A stretch of DNA of 63,696 nt, the filler included, from Phoronis australis (taxonomy: Eukaryota > Animalia > Phoronida), in assembly GCA_002633005.1 (NCBI GenBank). It is 7 parts of 7 records of this genome, joined end to end, with 100 filler letters (N's around TTAATTAATTAA, not from the genome) between each part and the next. Parts side by side here need not be neighbours in the genome. Positions count along the whole stretch, not along the records: positions 14,681 to 33,512 come from NMRA01000553.1; positions 33,613 to 38,320 come from NMRA01002506.1; positions 38,421 to 42,773 come from NMRA01002616.1; 4 more parts are not named here. The stretch is one strand, 5' to 3'. Within the stretch, counting starts at the first letter, position 1. Every line of letters begins with the position of its first letter. Of this stretch, positions 23,824-38,698 are shown piece by piece. The translations under genes were made by a program, and so were the position numbers. A model generated the notes under the pieces. The model searched no databases and was not told the origin of the DNA. It worked only from the letters and a program-made list of their open reading frames with translations.

Positions 23824-25646
23824 CGATCCAATTGTCAGTGCTTTCATTCTAGTGCAAGTAATCACAGGCCCTCATTCCTGGCCCAGATCGAGTGCCACGA
23901 CACCTACTAGGCTTGTGTAGTGTTCAGACAGCGCTCGTTTCGTCATGGCAATGGTGAATACGAGTGACCCGGGTTTACTGGGGCATTTGTCAGTGATTAT
24001 TAAGTGTCAGTTGCATGTTACTTGTCCAGTTCTTGCTGAAAATCGTCCTCATCTTCTAACCTGCTGAGTTTCGCTATTCCAGTTGATAGTCATATGACCA
24101 AGCGTCTTCCACCCATTACTTCACTTGGCGGTAAACTTGGAAATAACGAATTTTTCATCAAAATTAAAAAATCTACACTATTTGGCATAAAAGGTGCTCC
24201 TTTTGTTAGATTTTATGGCATTCATTTCATATTCGCTCACTGACACCTCAAACTGAAAACTATGAAAATGCATGTTGGGAACTATAAGTTGCTGATGATT
24301 TCGATATCAAGTTGTTGTTAACCCAAGCACAAGTCTACCACAGAAACGAAAGGGACCGACTTGATGAAGAGTTGAGAGACCTAATTCGGTTTTCGTTTTT
24401 AAGGCAGCTAAATAGAGAGAAATGCAGTTTTAAAGCAATTGCAATTATTCGTGAAGTTACAGAACGCAAAGTTTACGTAGTGTGTATGACATCCTTCCTT
24501 CACCCGGTGAGGCCTGCAATTTCGCGTTTGGGATTGTGTCTTGAGTAATACGAACTCCTCACGAATAATCTTGGACAAATTGTTGGAAAACGATTCTAGC
24601 ACGATCTGAAATATGTCAGTCCATGATACGTCTTCGTGAGAACTGAATTTTATCCGAGAAACCTCAATACTCAAGCGATTCTGTAGCCTTGTTGCCGAAA
24701 GTTCGCATAAAATAACGTAGCTGGCTTTTGCGCTTTTGACATACATGTAATGCGTCTGTAAATTTTTTTTGTGCGTAGTAAATATTTGGCAGAGATTGCT
24801 ATTTACTGCAAAATATTAGGAAACAATATAAATTTAGAATATTATATCGGACAATCGTTCTGACATCACTTCGAATTGCACGCCAAAATCTCTGAGTCAT
24901 CCACGACGAACCTTCCATCACGTACGTGCAAGGACAACAAAATAATTCCGGCGAGTATGATATCAAGCATTCAATTGCGAGTCGAAGAATTGATCAATCG
25001 TTTGAAGAAAAATCAGATCTGGCGATCATAATGTCATTTGTAAGAATCACGTGGAATTCGTGGTCTGTACATGGAGTTGTGTTCGTTATTCGTACGTATG
25101 ATGTTGTGGTTCGTACAGTTACCGGTGGGGGCCATTTACACAACACAAAAAAACACCAAAGGCTTATTCACAAATGGGTCTAGTGAATATATTAAAGTCC
25201 AGTCTCCCTGCCTGCTTTGTGGGACTGGTTGACAATCAATGGGGCGTCATCGGAACCACGCGACGTCCTGGTACTGCAAAAGGAACTAATCTGTCTGTTG
25301 CTCTGTGATAGGGGGATTATACCGGAGCGCCAAGGGCGGCGTTACACATCTTACTGATCAATTTGTAAGTCACCTATAACCGCAGGAAAGTCTGAAGTAC
25401 ATGTAGTGAAGTGGGGGCAAATATCAAATAAAAAGGACAGACAAAGCTAGCGTCACGAATAGCTCGTAGTTTTTTAATGTATAAAATTATTGTTCTTCAA
25501 CTGAAGTGAAAGGCGTCAGTGAAATACATCAATCTAACGGCTTCTCTGTCGTAGCTACCCCCACTCCTGTAAACGTTGACTGCACACTTTTATCAGTGCA
25601 TGCATCGTGTGTCCATAGCCCTGCCACCCGACGTATGTAGGTGCAT

Positions 25647-26710
25647 TGATTCGCCGTAAAATGTAACAATTTACGTCACTGTTACATTTTACGTTGCTAG
25701 GCCTCTCCTAAAATAACAAAAATGATTACACGGTGGATATCCTCAAATTTATATGAAAGTCGCGAGTAAAATAGTGCGGTCTGAATCAAGTTAATTTCTT
25801 CTTAGCAAACTACAGATGGATATATATTGATATCTACAAACAATACAGTGCTTGCCGGTAGGTCAGAAATAATCAATTTTTGACGTTGGGGCACGTCTCA
25901 ACAAGGTTTTAAATCTCAACCTCCTCGTTTCCAAGAAGTAGTCCTACTCTGCATCCACAGCTGTCAAAAAGTTCCTCACAATATCGTTAAGGCTGAACAT
26001 GGGAACCCCTATCCTTTGGAACAGCAATCGTTGTCCACCAAGGAAAGTCCGATGAAAACATTGAACTCTCACTTTACTAAACTTGGATTGTGTCCCCGTT
26101 AAATAAATTTTAAAATACTCATAATAATAATAATAACGATAACGAAAACGATAGCGAGTAACAGTAGTGATAGCAGTAATAGTAGTAATAGTAATAATAG
26201 TAGTGTAATACTAATAAAAATTCGTGTCGTGTAACCCGGAGGGCATTCTATAGAAGTGGTATACGAAAAGTGCAGCCCAAAAGGGTGTTTTTTCACAGAA
26301 AAAATACTCTCCAACTGAATGGTGCCATATTCAACAAATTCATATCTAAAAGGTGTTGGAACAAAAGTGTGCGAAAAAGTGAATTTTTACACAAAGTAGT
26401 CTCTAAATGAGTCGCTTTGATGTCCAAGCTCACTCACTCTCTAAATGGCTACGTATTCAAATTTTCTGGTGGCACCTCGCGTACAAAAATACTTCAGTAC
26501 CCCCTGGTCGTGTCAGATACCACTTCTTCGTGATTTTGGTCATTTTCCTTGCGATATGACGTGGGTTTCGTAAAATGTAACAATGGTACATTTGTCGCAT
26601 GTGCGTTCGACGTAAAATGTAAAAACTTGTTATATTTTAAGAGAGGCTTAGCAACGTAAAATGTAACAATGACGTAAAATGTAAAAACAGTTACATTTTA
26701 CGACGTATCA
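25647..26710. mobile_element. MITE-like element with GTAAAATGTAACA sub-repeats in inverted ends; related fragment at 37085-37221
   Basis: Left TGATTCGCCGTAAAATGTAAC...TTACGTTGCTAGGCCTCTC is the reverse complement of right GAGAGGCTTAGCAACGTAAAATG...GTTACATTTTACGACGTATCA. Confidence 0.55.
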
Positions 26711-27215
26711 CGGCACCCTTTCGCGGTGTTGCAATGCTAGTTGCTAACTTGAAAGTAAAATCAGCGCTCTCTTATTATCGAGACACATGCATTCGAGAAG
26801 GTAAGTACATGTATGAAAAACACAATGCGCTTAATCGAGTCAAGCCGGCACATTGTTTTATTTAGAACTACCGCCGTTCTCTTTTGGTGTGCTGCTCGGG
26901 AGCAGGTGCAAGTTCCCACAGTTGAATTGTACCCCGTTTTTAGTTCTCGCTTTCTTTTTTCAATAAAAGATCCAAACATGTACTACTCCTTTACGTTTAG
27001 TATTAGGGAAACTTTGAAATTGATGCGGCTTCCAATTCCGGAGCCAATGATCTCGTAATTAATACGCCCACTAGACCCCTGCACTGACGTGTAAAATTCA
27101 TACGCGAGATTGGCTGACAGGTGGCAAACTGACGGCATTTTGAGGGAATTGCAGGGGCCTCATGTCCACTACTCGGGTTGTGTGGAATAAAACGAAACAA
27201 AGACGTGTTGCACAA

Positions 27216-27307
<92 letters not shown>
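27216..27307. repeat. (TA)n microsatellite
   Basis: Near-perfect TA run. Confidence 0.95.
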
Positions 27308-27309
<2 letters not shown>

Positions 27310-30300
27310 CCTAAAGGTTATCTGTTCAGATCATACCGACTTTAATGCATACAATTTTCATTGCTTCTGTTGTGTAATTCCAAGTTCGTGCGTGTGATCG
27401 TCTGGTAACCTGGGTTGCAAATTAGGAAATCTTCAAGCCGAAGCGGATCGATTCGTATCAGTCATGGTTACTAGTTTGATAGGGGTTTTTAAAACTGACA
27501 GACTCGTCATTTTTGCTGAATTTGATCCAACTTTTGAATCTTAAATAAACACTTTAACTTCATATTTCCTATCAAATCTCAACAACTTTAACCGCACAGT
27601 GGCTGAGAAATTTAATTTGATTGTGTTTTGAAAAATTGCTTCCCAGTTTTTTTTTTGTTATTGAAACAAAAACAAAAATGAAAAGGATGCATTTTCTTTT
27701 TTACAGCACATTAGAATAGTTTAATTGATAGTACACCATCGGTTTGTGATTTTTTCTTATCGCGTCTTACGGAACTGCTGTGTCTAAAACTCGTTTTAAT
27801 TGTGTAACCGTTGTAAGTAATGATATTAACGGTTTTGTAGGACCCTCGCAAATTTGTCAAATTTGGCAAATGTTGGAGCATAATACTTTAGAAATGGCTG
27901 GTCGAAATTCACATGAAACTTTTAGATGCCATATATGATATGGCAGTTTAGAGTGTCCGGCAAGTTTTTGGCATTTTCAGTCATGAGGAGTCCCGATATT
28001 ACTCTTGACAAATGCAAACGTTCCGTGCACCATGCCTCTGACTGGTGTTTCACTTCCGTTTACTTATCGTCGACTAGCTCTTCTAGTTCTGTCCAGTTAT
28101 TCTATCGCTGACTGGTTGTCGTCACGTATAAAAGCAGAATTGTTCCAAAAAAGGATATACTTACCAACTTGTCGCAATTAACTTGTTGTCAGTCTATAGG
28201 AACTAACTGTTGTTGATCATTTATATATTAATTTATTAAACAGCGAATATCCCGCATTAGAGCGAACTTATTGATTTTGTATCCTGTGTGGGTAGTGGAA
28301 AAATGCATCACAATTCAAAACGGACGTATCAACAGGGTACTTAACACTGAGTTCCCGTATCGAAATCTGAATTTATCGATTTGTACAACAAACTTTTTAT
28401 GTAGACGAGGTATTTCTCTCTATAGTTTTCGCTCACACGTTTAACGCGAGAGCGAACGTGCGATGTCTCGATGGTTCCCTGCACGCCGCTAGGTGGTCAG
28501 CCAGCAGGCTGGCTGGGGAACCAGCGAGCGTGTGCAGGTGTGATGTCAGCATTTTTGTTCACTACGCCACATTGTAGATCTGCAGACTCTGCCGTCGACC
28601 CGGAGAAAGGTGATCGCGCAAGTGCACAACTTGTAGTTCACTGTCGATTTATCGCAAGGTCGTTAAATTTGTCCAATTCTTAGTGCTATTAAAAATTTAG
28701 TCTTACTCGCCCGCTTGAATGTTTGAAATGCGATCTTTGACCTGAGGGCTTGATCGTCGTGTTGCTGGTTTATCGGCGTAGTATACAATGTAGACCGGGA
28801 TACCAGAGGTTTTTGGGCAGAAAGCCTTCATGTTCTTCTGTCTACATCGATTCAAGGGTTTTAACTGAATAGTTTTTTTTCAGTTTTAACAAGAGCTCCA
28901 TTTTTGTCTATCTCAGGTGAAAGAAGTTTTCAAAGGTCAAAACCTATCCCCTCTGCGACAATTACGAGTATGCGCACGAACAAATATCGAGGGATCTGCG
29001 CTTTTGTTTTCGTTATTTGTCACACCGACGTTTTGTATTTTCCTTTGCGTTGTTAGTGTACATTTTTGTACAACGTTCACTAGCGCAATAATCTAATGGC
29101 ACCGCCGTCGGTTGCTTCGAATTCTCAATGGCAATCAACCAGAAAACACGGAGCATCGTTCGATCGCCATAGGATGTCTGAACGAATCGTCGATTTTCGC
29201 GAATCGCTATGAGCACTTAAGAAACCTGACAAAAATTTATTCAAATCCTTCTCTCACGGCTGACTAAATGTTTCCGTCCGAGTAGGCCCCTATGTGATGG
29301 AGTATAATCACTTATTTTTGAAAGCACGCACGGTTCGAAAGTTTGGCAGAGGGTAACGCTCAGTAATCCAGAAAGAGAACTTCGTGGACCACAATACATC
29401 CGAACTTGGTTCCTGCTTTTGCGAGTAACTGTCATGGCATCCTCATTTCTTGGATCAGGCCATTTTCATCCCATCTCAGGAAAATGGACTCCCTAAAGTC
29501 ATCGCCGTGTATACGGATTTTCCTGTGGCCGGGTTTAGTTGCCTAAGGGCGCTCAGAAAAAAGGCGGGCGTTTGCAGAATATGATCAAAAGGTCCATCGT
29601 TTAAGAAATTAGAACCACCTTCCGCGTAATGCTGGCTACGGGGCCTGCATAGCCTATTCGAGTAGGTTACGATCACGTGCCCACTTAACAGTTCCAGAAG
29701 TCCGTATTCCGTCGCGACTATATGTCGCGTTATAAGTAATGTTTCTCTACTCCGTATCCAGAAGCATCGATTTGCCCTTTCTTTTGCGTAATATATACTT
29801 TTTTATCAAGCCCAGTTAAGAACTGGTCAGAGCCGGTGTCGCGAAGCCAGGAAGCTTCGGGTACTAGAAAATTGGGTGTTTTCAACAGATACTTGGCATT
29901 TGAAATGTCCACTTATAAAGAAGCCACCGTGTTGTCTTTTGTGATCGTTATGCTTGTGTGGTACAGTTTTAAAACTCGCACAATGTTTGTTTGATATTCT
30001 TATAATACATAAAATTTACTATTTGTTGACAAGAAAGTCGTCAAAACGTATCACATTATTGTTGCTGACAAAGTGAAACTTTCGTCCTGCGGCTCGCTTT
30101 GAATGAGCTCAGCTAACTTACGTGCTCTTCATTTGAGGCAGACAGCTCAGCGCGGAGCTCTCCGTCTGCAGTGGGCCTTGGACATTATTTTCTGTGGAGA
30201 TTTCTCCCCTGAATTTAACGAGCAGCGGCACACATCCTAGCCCAACTCCTGAGCCGTCTCAGTCAAATCAACATAGAAGGAAATGAAAAAATTACGTTTC

Positions 30301-32083
30301 CTGTTAAATGTTGAACCAATATAAACGCTTAACGAGATTTTATTAATTGATTGACACTTTAATCAGACAAATACATGTATACAAGAGTGGAAAATTCTAC
30401 AGAAACAGGTAGAGAGACAGTTATTGTATACCAGATACAGAACAGCTTTGTACACTCATAAATACAGAATATATTTAAAGGAAAATATTTATCTTAATAT
30501 CTTTAGTCCAATCCTCAAATGTTTTGACGACCTGATAGCAACTCTTTTCAAGATATTACAATATCTTTTGTGTAATAATTCTCAAATCTTTTGACAACCT
30601 GATAGTGACAGCTTTTGATTCAGTGACTAGTGATGCTCAAATGAACACATATAACTTGAACACTGGACTAACCAGGTTCAAAGACGTTCTGATAAAAAAT
30701 AATGAATCGTGAAACTACAGCAAATCTAAATCTTGAAATAACTTTGCACAGATATTGCTATCAGAAGTTCACATTATAATTAAGTTGCAACAATCTGGTG
30801 GAGAGAAGTTTTAAAATAAACTCCTTCCAACATAGTAAGAAGAAAAATAAGTTTGCAATATTTAAATTAATATCCATCATGTGATGATCAGAAAATTCAA
30901 ACCATTCACAATTTCACTATTCCACTTCTAAAGCATAAAAATCTTGATTATATGTGAACAATAGATGTATTAGACTTTTCACTGTTTAAAAATCACTTGT
31001 CATCTAGAAGGAATTATCTCCTCATTCTTCTCAGTCTTATTGGTGAATTACAAAATAAAATGTTCTTGAATTCAACAGGAGAGCCATCCGATAGATCTTC
31101 CTTCTCTGTGCCAAGTACTCTACACAAACTGAAGTATAATAAAAGAGGCCAAAAGATGGCACCACAAGTCTGTATAAATAAAATGGCCCACTCAAATTCA
31201 CAACATTCTCTTGATTATAACATACATATTATAACGTTCCATTAGCCAAGTTCCAACCCAGATATACTGTGTGCAAGTTGATTTGGTTACAGTGAACTTC
31301 AGTTAAAATAATGAACAGTTCAGAAATGTCCTTAGAGGCTCATTAAAACATTGCAAATTAAAGCCATTACCACAGAAAGCTACACAGTTGAAACTATACT
31401 CGCAATGGGACCAGATTTCACAATTTACAACAGTGTTTGTCCAACACTTTCCAGCATCGGGGTCCAGTGGAACTACCTTCTAAAATTTTTGGGAAATATT
31501 TCCATTTCTTGGGTCCATGAAAACCCTCCAGAAATTATTTGGCTCCACGTTAGGACAGTGTGACACAGAATGTACATTGGAGAACTGAGGCGAGAATAGT
31601 GGTAATGCTGTCAATGAAAAACACATGAAGCAGAATAACCTGCAAATAAAATGAATGATGTTCATTTCCAAGTTTAGTTTTATCTTTCGTAACTTATCAC
31701 AATAGCTGCCAAATTAATGCATTCGTCAACAGGATATGTGACTTCTTTTAGCTTAGAAAAAATGACACAAAAACAGTCTCTGGCAAACACTGCTACACCT
31801 TGTTATCTCTCATTTAGGATTACAAACTAACAGAGTACATAAACTACTGTAACCCTTGCCCCTTAAAAAAGTTTTGACATTATCAATATTGAGTAATTTT
31901 TGACAATGATTTCAATTTTTTACCAGGCACTTCTGAGGCAGAGAAGAAATTCAGATATCCGACCCAAAAACACTGTATGCTAGACCTTTAAATACAACAG
32001 ACACGTGATATGGATACAATGCCTGCAGCGTGACAAGTATTTAAGGGTCCGGCCGCAAGCTTGTTCCCAAACCACGACTTCGA

Positions 32084-32366
32084 TTACATCGAACTAGATG
32101 ATTTTTGGATGAATCCATTCATCATTTCAATGGGCAACGGAAAAATAATGGTGGAGTTCTTCTCCGCGGAGATAGAATTCAGCGTCTGCAGGTATCTCAG
32201 TTGGAGGGCAGATGGTGACTCATTAATGACGTCTGCCGCCTCTTTCAGGGCACGTGATGCTTTCTGTTCACCCTCTGCAGCAATGACCTTGGCACGCGCT
32301 TCACGAGAGGCTTCAGCCTCGGCGGCCATAGCTCTCTGCAGTTGCATGGGCAGACGGACATCTTTT
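32084..32366 (-). CDS. Stomatin / band-7 (mec-2-like) protein, last coding exon
   Basis: Acceptor GTTACAG|A AAA GAT (phase 2); [78 protein letters not shown] is the conserved stomatin C-terminus; AT-rich 3' UTR with AATAAA near 30340. Confidence 0.95.
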
Positions 32367-33362
32367 CTGTAACACGCACATGAAATAAAAATAGAAGGTC
32401 AACAGTGACAGTGCATTATTTTCAAGTCACAAATTCCGTAAATAACAAAACCATATTGTCAACTAAAACTTCCCTTGAACTAGTCTTTATGTAAGAAACC
32501 ATGCCTCACATTTTTGTTAACCCTGCAACAACAAAGACACCACTCATAACTAAACTTTCCAAAACATTGACACAAGACTTCATTTTCCTCAGTTAATATC
32601 TCCGTTGCTCAAGGAACATTACGTGAGACACATGTCCCTCGGCCAAGTACCATAAAATAAGTGTGCAAAGTTTCATGCCAATGTACCCAAGCACTACAGA
32701 AAAGTAAATGTTCAAAAATGCTAAAAGCATTAAAAATCAAAAGCCTCAAAATGGCTGCTGAAGATTGGCCAAACAATTGCAATAAATTGAGGTTGTCCCT
32801 AACAGCACGCATATTTGGCTTTTATATTGTTGAAAGGACTATTAGAGCAGCAATGAAAAATATACAATTTCAAACAAAATATAACTATTGAACTTTAAAA
32901 TACTTCCCCGAAAGTGGACAATTACCTTACATACAAATTTTTTGGTAAATAATTCAAATATTCGATCAGTCATTACGTTTTCTAAAAAGACAGATCATTC
33001 GTGTTGTGTGGTCTAACACAGTAGGGTCTAACAGTACGGTCTTGACTCGACCTACAACATGTTAGACTATTAGCGAAATCAGAGGTGAGGACAAGTTGGC
33101 AGTGCAGCACTAGAGTGCTAGTCCACAACATGACTGATGATTTGAATCCTGCTGATGTGTCAAATTTCACTGAATTCAAGCTATTGTGCCAGGCTACAAT
33201 GGTGAATATAATAAAGGTTGGTGATGTGTCTAGCATCAAATAATAATCTTGTAAGTCTAGTTTCTACGAGGAGTTAAGACGGAAAACCCATGCATGGATT
33301 TAAGTCGTGGCTAGTACTGGCGTGAAGTATTTTCTTAACAGCTATAAACGTGTGGCTTTCAT

Positions 33363-33512
33363 TACCAACACCAATCTCATCACTACCAACACCAATATCA
33401 CCACCACCAACACCAATATCGTCACCACCGACACCAATCTCGTCACCACCGACACCAATCTCGTCACCACCGACACCAATCTCGTCACCACCGACACCAA
33501 TCTCGTCACCAC
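33363..33512. repeat. 21-bp minisatellite (ACCACCGACACCAATCTCGTC)n running into a gap
   Basis: About 7 visible units, progressively more homogeneous toward the gap. Confidence 0.9.
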
Positions 33513-34902
33513 NNNNNNNNNNNNNNNNNNNNNNNNNNNNNNNNNNNNNNNNNNNNTTAATTAATTAANNNNNNNNNNNNNNNNNNNNNNNNNNNNNNNN
33601 NNNNNNNNNNNNGTCTACAGGCTAAAACATTTGCATTCAAAGTGAGCCTTTTTCTTTTATGCCTACAGCAAAACTAGCCGGCGACGCCAAAAAAAAACGA
33701 GCAAGAATACACAAAATTGGCAGTTTTCAACCCAAAATCACAACTCGCATGCAACTTCTAGGCACCAGCAGACAACACACTCAGAATGTCAAAACACTTC
33801 AGATTACAAAAATTGGAAAGCAAATGTCATTGAGTGTTGACCAGCCCGTTTTTTATTAACCTGAAAAGTCTGGGGGTACCTGAATTTCCAGCCAAAACTT
33901 ATCTAAAAGAAGTGATAGAGTGTTTACGAACAGCAACATTTGGAAGAAAAATAGGTCAAGGGAGCAACAACCTGGGTTTTTTTAAAAATAGATTAAAAAA
34001 ATGAGCAAATGCCATTCATAGCCACCACACTTACATTAAATTTCAAAGTAACCAGCCAATCCAGCAGGCGCCAATTTCTCAACCTGAATTTTTTTCAAAA
34101 CAGGTTAAAAAAATTTAAATAAATGCCAATCATAGCCACCACACTTACATGAAATTGCAAAATGCCCAGCAAATTCAGCAGGCGCAATGTCTTATGAAAT
34201 TGGGGGGAGTTAGTGAATTCGATTGTGACTTGAAAAAAACTATTGAGTTCCACCTTATTGAATTCTATCCAGTTGTGGGCTAGTCTCGAAGCCAGACCCT
34301 AACTGGGTTGTGAGACTGCTGTTTTGTGAGTTGCAATTGACTGAAGTGATATGTTGTGAACTTTTCAATTGTATTGTGAGTTTTAGAATTTGCGTTGTGT
34401 TTAATATTGTGTTTTAGAATTGTGTTGTGGGTTTTAGAATTGTGTTTCGAGTTGTGTAGAACTGTCACAGTGTTCTCAGTTTCAGAATCTGTTGTGTCAA
34501 AATTCTTGGTTTTGTTGCGAGTTTACGATTGTGCTGTGAGATTTTACAATTGTGTTGCAGGCTTTCTAGCTCTCGGGCGAGTTGGGATTTCCTGGTGCGT
34601 TGTGGCTCCTAAACTCCACCGTGATCGTAAACAGCTGCTCTCCAACTCAAGTTTACATATCAAGAGCGTCTAAAAAAGGCATAAAACAATTCACCAATAA
34701 AACGTGTTCCCCAGTAACTTCGCGCATATTTCGTTTCATAAGCAGACAAGTTCATTGCCCCTGAAAATACTATCGGTCAACAAATTCCCTTTGTTTACAT
34801 CAACATAGTCACAAATTTTCTAAGCCAGCAAAGCAGCTGTGGTGCCTTGTGACGAAGCTTAAATGATGATCCGGCAATCGTAAAAAAATCCACGTACGTT
34901 TC

Positions 34903-35300
34903 TAGTCTCGTGCTAGCCACTCGCCAGCTCGCCATTGGCGAAATGAACGGCACTGGCGATGGCAGAGCTAAGTCCATTCGCCAACTTGGCGAATGCTCGA
35001 CAATTAAAATTAATTTCGGGAAACCTACTCGCATGTCGACTCATAGTCAACTCGAATCAAGTCGCACCGCAAACGACATTCTTATTTCGATTCCGAGTCC
35101 TAAAAATAGCAAGCGAACGTTCCATTTCATGTCCGACACTCCCCCCGGAAATCACTCTTTTACCGCAACGAAATGTTCAACTGTGTAGGGGGTTAGCTTG
35201 TGTAGGCGCTACCGCTTGTCGTCTGCAAGTGACAATGTCAAAACGTCAAATAGAAGACTATTTTGGCGGCGGCCAAAAGAAAGCAAGTACAGTAAATGTC
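34903..35300 (+). mobile_element. Possible hAT-like transposon 5' remnant
   Basis: GCTAGCCACTCGCCAG...TGGCGA subterminal-type motifs followed by ATG 35235 MSKRQIEDYFGGGQKK, resembling hAT transposase N-termini; no further transposase or partner TIR seen. Confidence 0.3.
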
Positions 35301-38300
35301 AATTTGGTACTTAATAGGTTACGTATTCATTACTCTGCACGATTTCGCTTTATTTTGCAAACCACAAGTTTGTTAACGTTTTTGGACCTAAGTGTCTCGC
35401 TCATCAAAAATGCCTACTTGGCCGGCGTTTTCCGCCTTAACACGGCGGATAGTGGGAACCTCTTCCCATTTTTAGATCAACATCATGCCTATGTGGCCGG
35501 CGTACCTCCGCAGTAACCCGGAGATGGGGGACCCCTGTCCAATTTTTAGGTCAACGTCATAAAATGCTCGTAAGTGGCATACCCACGCATTACTCAAGGA
35601 TAGGGGGAACCCCTTCCAAACTTTTGGGGGTTTTTTCTTAAGGCAAACGTCTTTTCTTATAAAACGTTGTGAAAAGAACCTGTGCATAATATGAAAAATA
35701 AAGAATTCGTTCCGTGTAACTGTATTTTTGTCAAATGCAGGGGTTGGGAAAAGAGAAAGCATTTGGCTAACGTTTTTTGAAAATGGCTAAAAATTTTTAG
35801 ATGCTTTAACCATTACGGATAATGCCTTTAAAAGTCTGGCGCGAGCCTAGCATTTTCAGGTTGACGTCTGCACCCAAACACGCAAAAAACCGCGTCCACC
35901 CGGAAGTCAGGGGAATTTTACAAACATTTCACCATGCAAGCAGACTCCAGCTCGGCCTGACTAGTCAGAACCAAAGTAAACAATGCATCACGCCGATTTT
36001 TCATCATTGTACCAGCGGCCTCCTACACGCTTTCTTCATGACAGTCTAGCTTTAATCTATGCTTTCGGTAGCCGGTTGAAAATGCTATCAATTCCTGACT
36101 GTATCGACTTCCTATTTGGAAAGTCACGTGAGTTGACTACTGGGACGGTGATGTAAATACCTAGGCTGGGGGTCTAACTTTTGTACTCAGTCGAAATCAA
36201 ACTTAAAATTGTTTTTGACATTTTTTGTTCTACTCAGTTTTTGGGAAATTTTAATGAATGCCTGCTTTTCTATGCTTGAGTATGTTATACGATTTTCGCT
36301 GATACTAAGTGTCTAGTCCACGTTCACGCTTGATGACCCTAGATTCGAGCTACCGTAAACTCGAGTAAAATCTCGAGATTTCGAGTAAAAATTCGAAATT
36401 TCGAGTTCAGAGACGAACTAAGCATTAACGCTGGGGTCATTACTAGCAAGCCAAGAGCAACAACAATTTATAGACACTTGTTTGGGCACAAGAGTAGAAC
36501 GGAAAAGTCAGAAACAATTTCGAGTACAAAGCCCTGGTCGTCTCTTATGATGCTGCGGTACACGTTTACGACCATTGAGATAGATTATATATACCTCATT
36601 GTTTAGGTGGCACTGACAAGACCGCGGCCGCGGCCAATATTAAAATCCAGGGGTAGGCCAGGTTTGGGGGCATTTTTAGTTAGGTATTGCATGTAGACCA
36701 TGTGAATGTGGTTTGTTTGCATTTGTGGACATGCTGAGAATAAAAAAAGACCACTTGCTCCGCTGTAGCTGCACTCTTCTTCAAGATGGCGGCCTCCTGT
36801 TACAATTGTGCATCGCTGGGTAGCGACTGAGAAATTGGCCGCGATTTGTTTACCTGGTCCCGGAAACTCCATTCGTCTGTAGTTGAAACTGTACAGGGAA
36901 CATTTTACTATACCAAGGAACTAATCATGTTAAAAACAATGGAAAGCACATAGGGACACATCTATAAATTCGAGCTGACATATTTGATAGAATTTCATTC
37001 AAACAATCCGACTGAGAAAGAGGGTGTTAAGTGTGTGAACCGTTTTCTTCCGTGTGACCAATACCATGCAAACTCATGAAAGATGACGTCGCTTTCGTAA
37101 AATGTATAAATGGTACATTTCTCGCGTGTGCATTCAACGTAAATTGTAACAATTACATAAAATGTAACAATTTGTTACATTTAAGGAGAGACCTAGCAAC
37201 GTAAAATGTAACAACGTATCAACGCTCCAAGTGGAGCAAGTTGCACTTGGGCAGGTTGTTTCAGGATAAATCTGTATGTGGGCGGTATTTTAGAGTATTC
37301 TGTTTAATACTAATATAATCGCCTTTTATGTGTGATTAATCTAATGCCCGAATGGCCGTCACCATTATAGCTCACTTCCGCGCTCACCTCAAACAATTCA
37401 AATTTAGTTGAAAAATGTATGCAATAACAGGTTCCCTCGAAAAATGTGCAGCCTTTATGTATGCAAGAGCTATAAAGTGTGGGAAGGTTAATAGCAAAAA
37501 ATAAAAAATGTAATCGAGGGGTAAAAACCTTGCCTGTTTCGTGGCCAGGATGACTGAAAGCAATCGTGAAAATCTTCAACAATTTGAGCGCCCTTTGAGT
37601 GCTCGTTCTTCGTCAACTTGTGTCTCTCAGGCCACCCTTCTTAGTGCACTGCTTGGATGTGAAGATGTTACTGTTTTGCAATTGGAAGTGCTACTAATTC
37701 ATATTGTTTTATTACCAAATGCTAGCTTGGAGCTTGGAGTTTGTGGTAATACTTAGAACTTCAACCGGAAGTGAGTGCCTTCAATTCTCAGTTAAAACGG
37801 AATGGAAGTGGTTAAGATCCCAGCTATTCCTGACCCACAACCTCACGCAGTCAGGCGGGGGGGGGGTTATTGATGCGAACCTCGTTCCCATCTACGCGTG
37901 CATGTTTCCATTTGGGTAATCTCATTTTGGTGAGGAGGAGACCATTATATTTAACTTTCTCCCTATACACTGTACGAGTTCATGGCCTGTGGTACTAAGT
38001 ATGACAAATAAGCTAGTAAACACCTGTTGAATAGATAATGTAATGTTTTTTTCATTGTCAATAAATGTATAAAAAAGACAATCTCGGATGTAACATTATT
38101 CTGAATCCTAGAGAGAACGGATAAAAATATTGCACATTCGAGATTATTTCTTGTGATCAGTTCTACAACGAAAAACAATTCGTTTGGCCTTATACCGCCT
38201 GTATCTTATATTCAACTCTTCTCAAAACAATAAATAAATAAATAACATTTTCTTCAACACAGTGATGCGCAAATGAGAAATTATTCTGCTTATCCACTAA

Positions 38301-38420
38301 CGCCTCTGGTCTGTCCTANTNNNNNNNNNNNNNNNNNNNNNNNNNNNNNNNNNNNNNNNNNNNNTTAATTAATTAANNNNNNNNNNNNNNNNNNNNNNNN
38401 NNNNNNNNNNNNNNNNNNNN

Positions 38421-38698
38421 TGCATAGGAGTTTATAGTTCAAGTTTGCCCTTGAAGACCCTTATATTCGTGCTACAAACTCGAGTAAAAACTCGAAATTT
38501 CGAGTTCAAACTCGAACTTATTGCTTTAATATTGGGTTTACAAAATGTGAACTAAGGGCAATAAATTATCTACGTAAGTTATTGTGTACTCGAGCATAGA
38601 ATAATAGACACTTATCTTGAGTTCGCCCAAAAGTAGAGTACAAAATGCCAAACCTAATTTCGAGTTCCATTTCGAGTAAAAAGATTGGAGACCGGGCC
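38421..38698 (-). mobile_element. Harbinger-type MITE, partial inverted copy of 41497-41898
   Basis: Reverse complement of ~41497-41774; ends GAGACCGGGCC|CAG; left part lost in spacer. Confidence 0.8.

Noticed and set aside
29730-29912. ORF containing LRDTGS, resembling a retropepsin active site
   Set aside because: No flanking protease, gag or LTR features; likely chance
33307-33568. Thr- or Ser/Pro-rich repetitive ORFs (mucin-like) or a CRISPR-like array
   Set aside because: Translation of a 21-bp minisatellite with no unique spacers or splice support; eukaryotic context
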